NCBI GenBank assembly: GCA_951804945.1
Contig: OX638149.1
Span: forward strand, 59,272,001-59,336,000
DNA: 64,000 bases
From: Podarcis cretensis
Taxonomy: Eukaryota
Reading direction: 5' to 3'
Part shown: positions 58,232 through 64,000 of the stretch, in pieces
How positions within the stretch are numbered: position 1 is the stretch's first letter
How the letters are laid out: each line of letters opens with the position of its first letter
Notes under the pieces: generated by a model
Seen by the model: only the letters and a program-made list of their open reading frames with translations
What the model was told of the DNA's origin: nothing
Databases searched by the model: none
Position numbers and translations under genes: made by a program

Positions 58232-61200
58232 CCATAGATAATGGCCTCAAACACAAGTGGTGGGCCTGAACTAAGAAGAGTTTCCTGAGCTCAAATGTAA
58301 CAGAGAACTCTGGTTAGTTTAAAAATGGAAGCATGTGTTTCTGGTGACCATATTAGAGGAAGAGAGGAGGCTGCAAACTTGAGGCTTGTGCAAATTCATT
58401 CACATAATGCTAAACCATAATTTAGTGCTATGTCTGGACCAGCCCAGAGCTTCCTAAGAGAGATGCTACTGTGATGGTGTCCACTGAATTCTTCACTGGG
58501 ATTTTTATGTAACACTTTTTGTTTCCTAAATTAGTGTCTCCTCAACGACAGTTGTGAGAAAAAAGCTGAACATCTGGACTAGGTCCAAATAATGAGTCTG
58601 AGGCTATCTCCATGGCTTTTCCTTAACTCACACAAGTGTCTGTGCTGCAGTGCACGGACTGTGGAAGGACCATGTGGACAGCGTCTGTCTCTTGAAAGAA
58701 CCCTTGTGTGCTTCTACCCTGAAATCTCCTGATGTACCAAATTTCAGGGCCAGTTTCCGCATGCATGAACTTCACTTAATCTATCATCACTCGATTACTC
58801 AGCTCCTGGGCCTGCTGCTTGAAATGGTGCCACCAAAAGATAATCGTCAGTTCAACATAACACAGCAGAATGTACTGAAAGAATTGGCTGGTTCCCACCA
58901 TGTATGTATTTTTGTGCTCGCATTTCACAGAATTGGGCCCTTTAACAGCTGGCCGAACTTTGTTATGATGAATACTCCGAGCTCTAATTGTTTGGTGAAA
59001 AATATTGCTCAGTGGCTATATAAACAATTTTAATTGGCTCAGGAGCCCCAAAATGTGCTTTTTTTGTTTGGCTGCCAAGCTGGCTTTCTCGCCTGCTAAT
59101 TATGCTGAGCTCTAGCTTTTAGCAAAAACAGGAAATAAAGCATCCATTACTCAAATGACAACTTCTCACCCAGCCTGCATTTCAACATCCATTGTGTAAT
59201 TTCCTACTCCTGAGCCCAGTTAAGAGCTAAACACATTTTAAAAACAAGTCGCCCCTTTTTGCAAGGGCCAGTGCTACAGTTTATGCTACCCATTAGTAGA
59301 CTGCAGTGCTTGCAATTCTAGAAGCACTCAAAAGAGGTTAGCCGCACACCCAGCATGCATCCGTGTGAGAGAAGTCATTATCTCCCAGCTCCTGCTGCCT
59401 ACCTATTTTCAATAAATAAGCCCACCACAGGACTTGTATCAGCCTTCAGGCAAGACAACAGGTAAAACTTCCCTGTGGGATTGCTAGTCATTGTCTTTCA
59501 GGGATAACCTCTTTCTCTGCCGCTCAACAAAGGGTCATTGTCGAGCGTCAGCTGCCCTCAATACACTCTCCCACCCCACCCCCAATAGATTCAGTAGATT
59601 TGCTCAGCTTTATCTAGCAGCAAAGAAATAGATTATTGACTGTTTTACACAGATATAATTGGACAATTGTTCTCGTGGGAAGTCTCTGCTTTTGAAGTGA
59701 GAACTTGGAGACCAAGAAGGAAGGAAGCTGTGACCTCTCTGAGGCGGAGAGGAGCTTGGGGACTTCACACAGAAAGACTTCGCCTTTCCCTGGCATAGTA
59801 ATGGTAGTTTGCTAGAAAGAGAAAAAAAGAAGTTCGGATAAGCCATTCCCTGGACGTGCGCTGGCACAGACATCTGCATTATTGAAACCTATGTGCAGGT
59901 GCAGACATAGACATCCAGAGAGCAGGACCAAAAGTTCTGCCTGCTCCATTCCCTGGTAAACATGCCGGGCCCCCCTTCATGGCTCAAACCATGTTCCCAT
60001 TTTCAAACACTGACAGCTGGCTTGGTGGAGTTCCATAGTCAATTATTTTACCACTTTGCAGACAAAACAGATACTGTAATCAGTTTGCTAAGTAGATACA
60101 CAGTTCTCCCTTTTGCTTTCACTTTTGTGGACAAGGCGGCAGTGTGAAGGCAAAATCTTGAGAAGCCCCATGCAGTCTCTGTTCCTCTTTCCTCTGTGCA
60201 CATTCACACAGAACAGCAGTCCCTACTCTGTACTGTAGGCTTTGTGCTTGCAGCATAGCTGTCTGCCTCTTGAGCCTCATTGCGCACACACCCAAAAAAC
60301 CAAATGTGTCTACAAGGGATATCATACTATAGGGATTTGTGGGAGTATCCCACAAAGGATAAGACGCGTTTGGGACACTCTTCGCTTGATTGTGTGTGGG
60401 GAAAGCCTTTTATCAAGGCGGAGTCCGTTCATGTTCTGTCCATGAAGATTTGGATAAGCTGTGCTCTGAGGGAAAGAGATAGTTCCAGCTTCTGATTCAG
60501 TGTGGCTGATGAGCTGAGCAAAAGCCTTATACATCCTTTTCCCATAGCCTTTTATTTTTAAACACAGCAATTTATGCTCCTTCGCCATTTTTAGTTACAA
60601 TTTCATAATGGGGTGAGAATATTCCTTCAGAAGAAAAAGCATATGCTATCCAACAGAAGAAAACACAGAAAGCACAAAGAATAATGTAATTGTTCAGATT
60701 CAGAAAGAAGTAATAAAATTCATTTTAAAAAAAATCTGTGTTCAGTTTTTTCTCAACATACATTAGCAAAGAGAACTACAACCATCTCATATACGCCTGC
60801 TTTGTAGTAAGTCCCATTGATATCAATGGTGGTGGTGTTATTTCCAGGTAAGTATGTCTAGGACTGCAGCCTACAGTATATCACAGAGTGAACGTTCTTG
60901 GTCAGGTCTCCCCTCTAACCAATGTGAAGTCCTTAGAATTTCCTGGAAGGTGACCAAGAACAGAACAACACCTTACATATGTGCACAGCAAACATATGCA
61001 AAATAGCAACCATGTCCCTGTTTTCCCCCTCCATGGATCTGGGAAGAGTAAACACTTAAGTTTTATTCTATCTCCTTTCCCTGCCGTAACACTCTAAGCC
61101 AGCCTGACCTTTCCCCACAGTTTATTCTTGGGCTATTCCAATGGATTATGTGCAACCATCTTCAGAATTGCCTCCCTCTTTTTGTATGGCAGTGGTAACA

Positions 61201-61468
61201 ATGGTAGGCTACAAGCCAAGTCTGGCTAATTGTTTATTGCTGCCTGGCCTACTGACCAGGAGCCTCTCATGGAATCCTGCTACGTAACCTAGCAACATAG
61301 CTAAAACCCTTGAGTATATTTTTATGCTGCTTTTACTGCTGTTTTTATTTCTGTGTTGTTGTGTATCATTTTTCAACACTGTTGTCGGCTACCCTGAAAA
61401 CACAATGTGCTTGAAGGCTGATCAGAGAAAGGGGATAACTTGAGGAGCCACCTATAAAGATGGACCTA

Positions 61469-61694
61469 GGAGCCATTGTGGTGTAGTGGTTAGAGTGTTG
61501 GATTAAGACATGGGAGACCAGGCTTCCAACCCCCATGCAACCATGAAGCTCACTAGGTGGCATTGGGCCTGGCACTGTCTCTTAGCTTAACCCACTTCAC
61601 AGGGTTGTTCTGAGGACAAAATGGAGATAGAGAGAAGCACGTATGTACACCTTGAGCTCCTTGGGAAATAAATGTAATCAATAAATAAAAATAA
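61469..61694 (+). mobile_element. Older Squam3-like SINE
   Basis: tggtgtagtggttagag head, cacagggttgtt core, A-rich tail. Confidence 0.7.
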
Positions 61695-62864
61695 GACAGA
61701 AGATAGCTGTTTGGGCACTTTTCTGGGAAAAGACTTGGCCTACCACATCAGCTAGATACTTAACACATAGCTTTTGGCCAAATAAACTTACTGACCCCTA
61801 TAAATTCTTGGAGTGGTTACTGATTTCTCATTTCCTCTCATTCTTAATATGCTACATTGCCTCATCTTGACTCATTGTCCTGCCTGGACTGGTATGCACA
61901 GTACTCTTGCAGTTCCCTACTACCTTATATATTCTGCCTCTATATATGTAAGTTTCTTGGACCAAAGCCATTCTGTACCTGTCTACTTAAGAATTATGCT
62001 TCACTGAATTCAATGGAAATTAATCCCACATGATTAGAATTGCAGGCAAAATTATCCTGGGTTGTTTCCTTATACTGAGATGCTCTTAGATAGGAATGAC
62101 AAAGAGTAAAACACTATTTGAACATTACCTTAAAGGCACCTATTCAAGACAGTTAAATGGTGAGCAGATGCAAAGCACATATTTACAAGATTTTTCTCTA
62201 TAAGATGAATGCTGAAATTCTCTTTTGGCACCTCTCATATGCCAAAACTTTGCAATAATAACTATTGGTGAAATGACACTTATAATGATGTTAATGTACT
62301 CATAATATAACTGTGGAGACAAACACAAAAACACAGAAGAAATGACCAGTTACACAGGATTCAGAGAAAGCACTCTCTGTCTTTTTCAGGGCATATCTAC
62401 ACTGCAAACATATTGGTTTCAGAGCCATTGTTTCTCCCAAAAAAACATGGGATATAGCTGTTTGGTGGGGCCAACCAAAATTCTCTAGCAAGATTTTCTT
62501 GCTATGTTCACCAAAACAAAGCCAATGATGAGTACAGGCTACGCATTAGGGCAAATAAAGGTGCCCTTTGAATTGTCCATAAAAGCACTGGATTCATAGG
62601 TTTCCATTGGCAATTTGCTCAGCTTATTGATTCTCTGCTGTTTAAATTAAAGTTTGATGTCCCGGAACAGGTTATTTGGCACAAAGCACTAATAGGATGC
62701 AAAAGCACATATGTTGCCACAATGGAAACATTAACCTGCACACAGAGCAACAAACTGCATTGCTAAATGAGCTGCATATGCAGTTTAAACCTCCAAATAT
62801 TTTTAGAAATTTGCTGCAGGATGTGATGATGATCAACAACACAGATGACTTCAAAAGGGGGTTA

Positions 62865-63950
62865 TATTTATTTTTTAGGTTTCCTGCCCGGCCTTCATGA
62901 CAGGGTCCCAGGGCAGATTACAACAACAGAGCGCAATTATTAAATAAAAAGATAAAACCATTGCAATTATGAAAACAAATAAAAACTTCCCGAATGGAAC
63001 AGAAGAGGACACATTCAGGAAAAGAGGTGGGTCTCCCAAAACAATATACCCCAACCGTCAAAGGGAAGGGCCAAGAGCAGAGTCCTCAGTGTTTTGTGAA
63101 AGCTGTACAGCAAAGATGGCAGAAGCACTGCTGTGGGTTCAACAGAGTTCCACAGAGAAAAAAACCCCTCCAGGCTGCCTTTCCTCACACTTCTGAGGAT
63201 GTCAGAACTACCAAGAGAGGCCCCTCTGCAGATCTCAACACCTAAGACGGCCAATAGAGATGGAGCACAGCCTTCTAGATATTATTGGCCTAAGATATTA
63301 TTGGCCTAAGTTGTTCAAGATTTTAAACAGGGAAGTTACTGAGCACCTGGAATCGGGCCTGGAAATGAACTGCCAACCAGTGCAGCTGTTTTAAAACAGG
63401 GTGTATTTGAGTTAACCCAGTCAGTAATTTGGCCATTGCATTTTTGATCTGTTGAGGTTTCTAAATTGTCTCCAGACTGGAGGTCACCAGACCATAGAGT
63501 ACATTGGCCATGTTATCTCTGTCAAAGGGGAAGCACAACTGGCAAACCATAGCTGGAAATAAGCACTCCTAGCCATTCAAAGAATATACAGTTATCAATG
63601 GCTGCTGGGCATAATAGTGTCATAATCTGGCAGTCATCAGGACCACAGTGGCACTTACTGAGGAGCTGGGCCAGGTTCCTGGCTCTGACCTTGATGCTCG
63701 AGATCAGGGTCCACAGAACATGAGCTTGGCAGGCAGGAGCCCATAGAAGTGAATCCTGCAGTGTTTTCTCCAAGGTCTAAGGAACCAAGTGCGTCCCCTG
63801 CAACTGTCCTAGGAAAACCAGGACATCCCTTTTCTTTTTGTGCTAGAGCATGGTGGCCAGTTTGGACATGATGATCTCGGGCTACAATCTCACCCCAGAA
63901 AAGTGCTTTTTGAAGGACCATGATCTCATGTGAGAGCAGAGCCCCCCCCC
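62865..63950 (-). mobile_element. L2-clade LINE 3' portion
   Basis: Minus-strand degenerate TP..KQLHW-like motif at ~63375-63405 and AT-rich tail at ~62865; boundaries approximate. Confidence 0.55.
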
Positions 63951-64000
63951 CAAGTGTTTATTTCGGGGCCACAATCTCCCACATGTCACATGACTCGCCT

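Overview
Vertebrate nuclear DNA, not prokaryotic. Sauria/Squam1 and Squam3-type SINEs point to a squamate, probably a lacertid lizard. Positions 1-~29 kb hold most of CAPRIN1 (RNG105) on the minus strand. I spliced 17 coding exons by hand (human-numbered exons 2-18, 2,095 nt, one open frame; the last exon lies left of the window). The gene has one GC-AG intron and a CpG-island promoter at ~27.0-29.3 kb. Positions ~29-64 kb contain no recognisable host gene. They hold SINEs, L1/L2/CR1 fragments, Tc1/mariner- and hAT-type MITEs, solo LTRs and a Mag-type Ty3/Gypsy gag-protease remnant. There are also several repeat-poor blocks rich in GATA/ETS/FOX/SOX/CTCF motifs; by mammalian synteny this interval should be the LMO2 upstream regulatory region (inferred). 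The most unusual element is a 274-bp Penelope-like insertion at 44481-44754. Its two inverted arms each carry a minimal type I hammerhead ribozyme core, one per strand. No CRISPR array, rRNA or true tRNA gene was found. Human comparisons are from memory and were not aligned.
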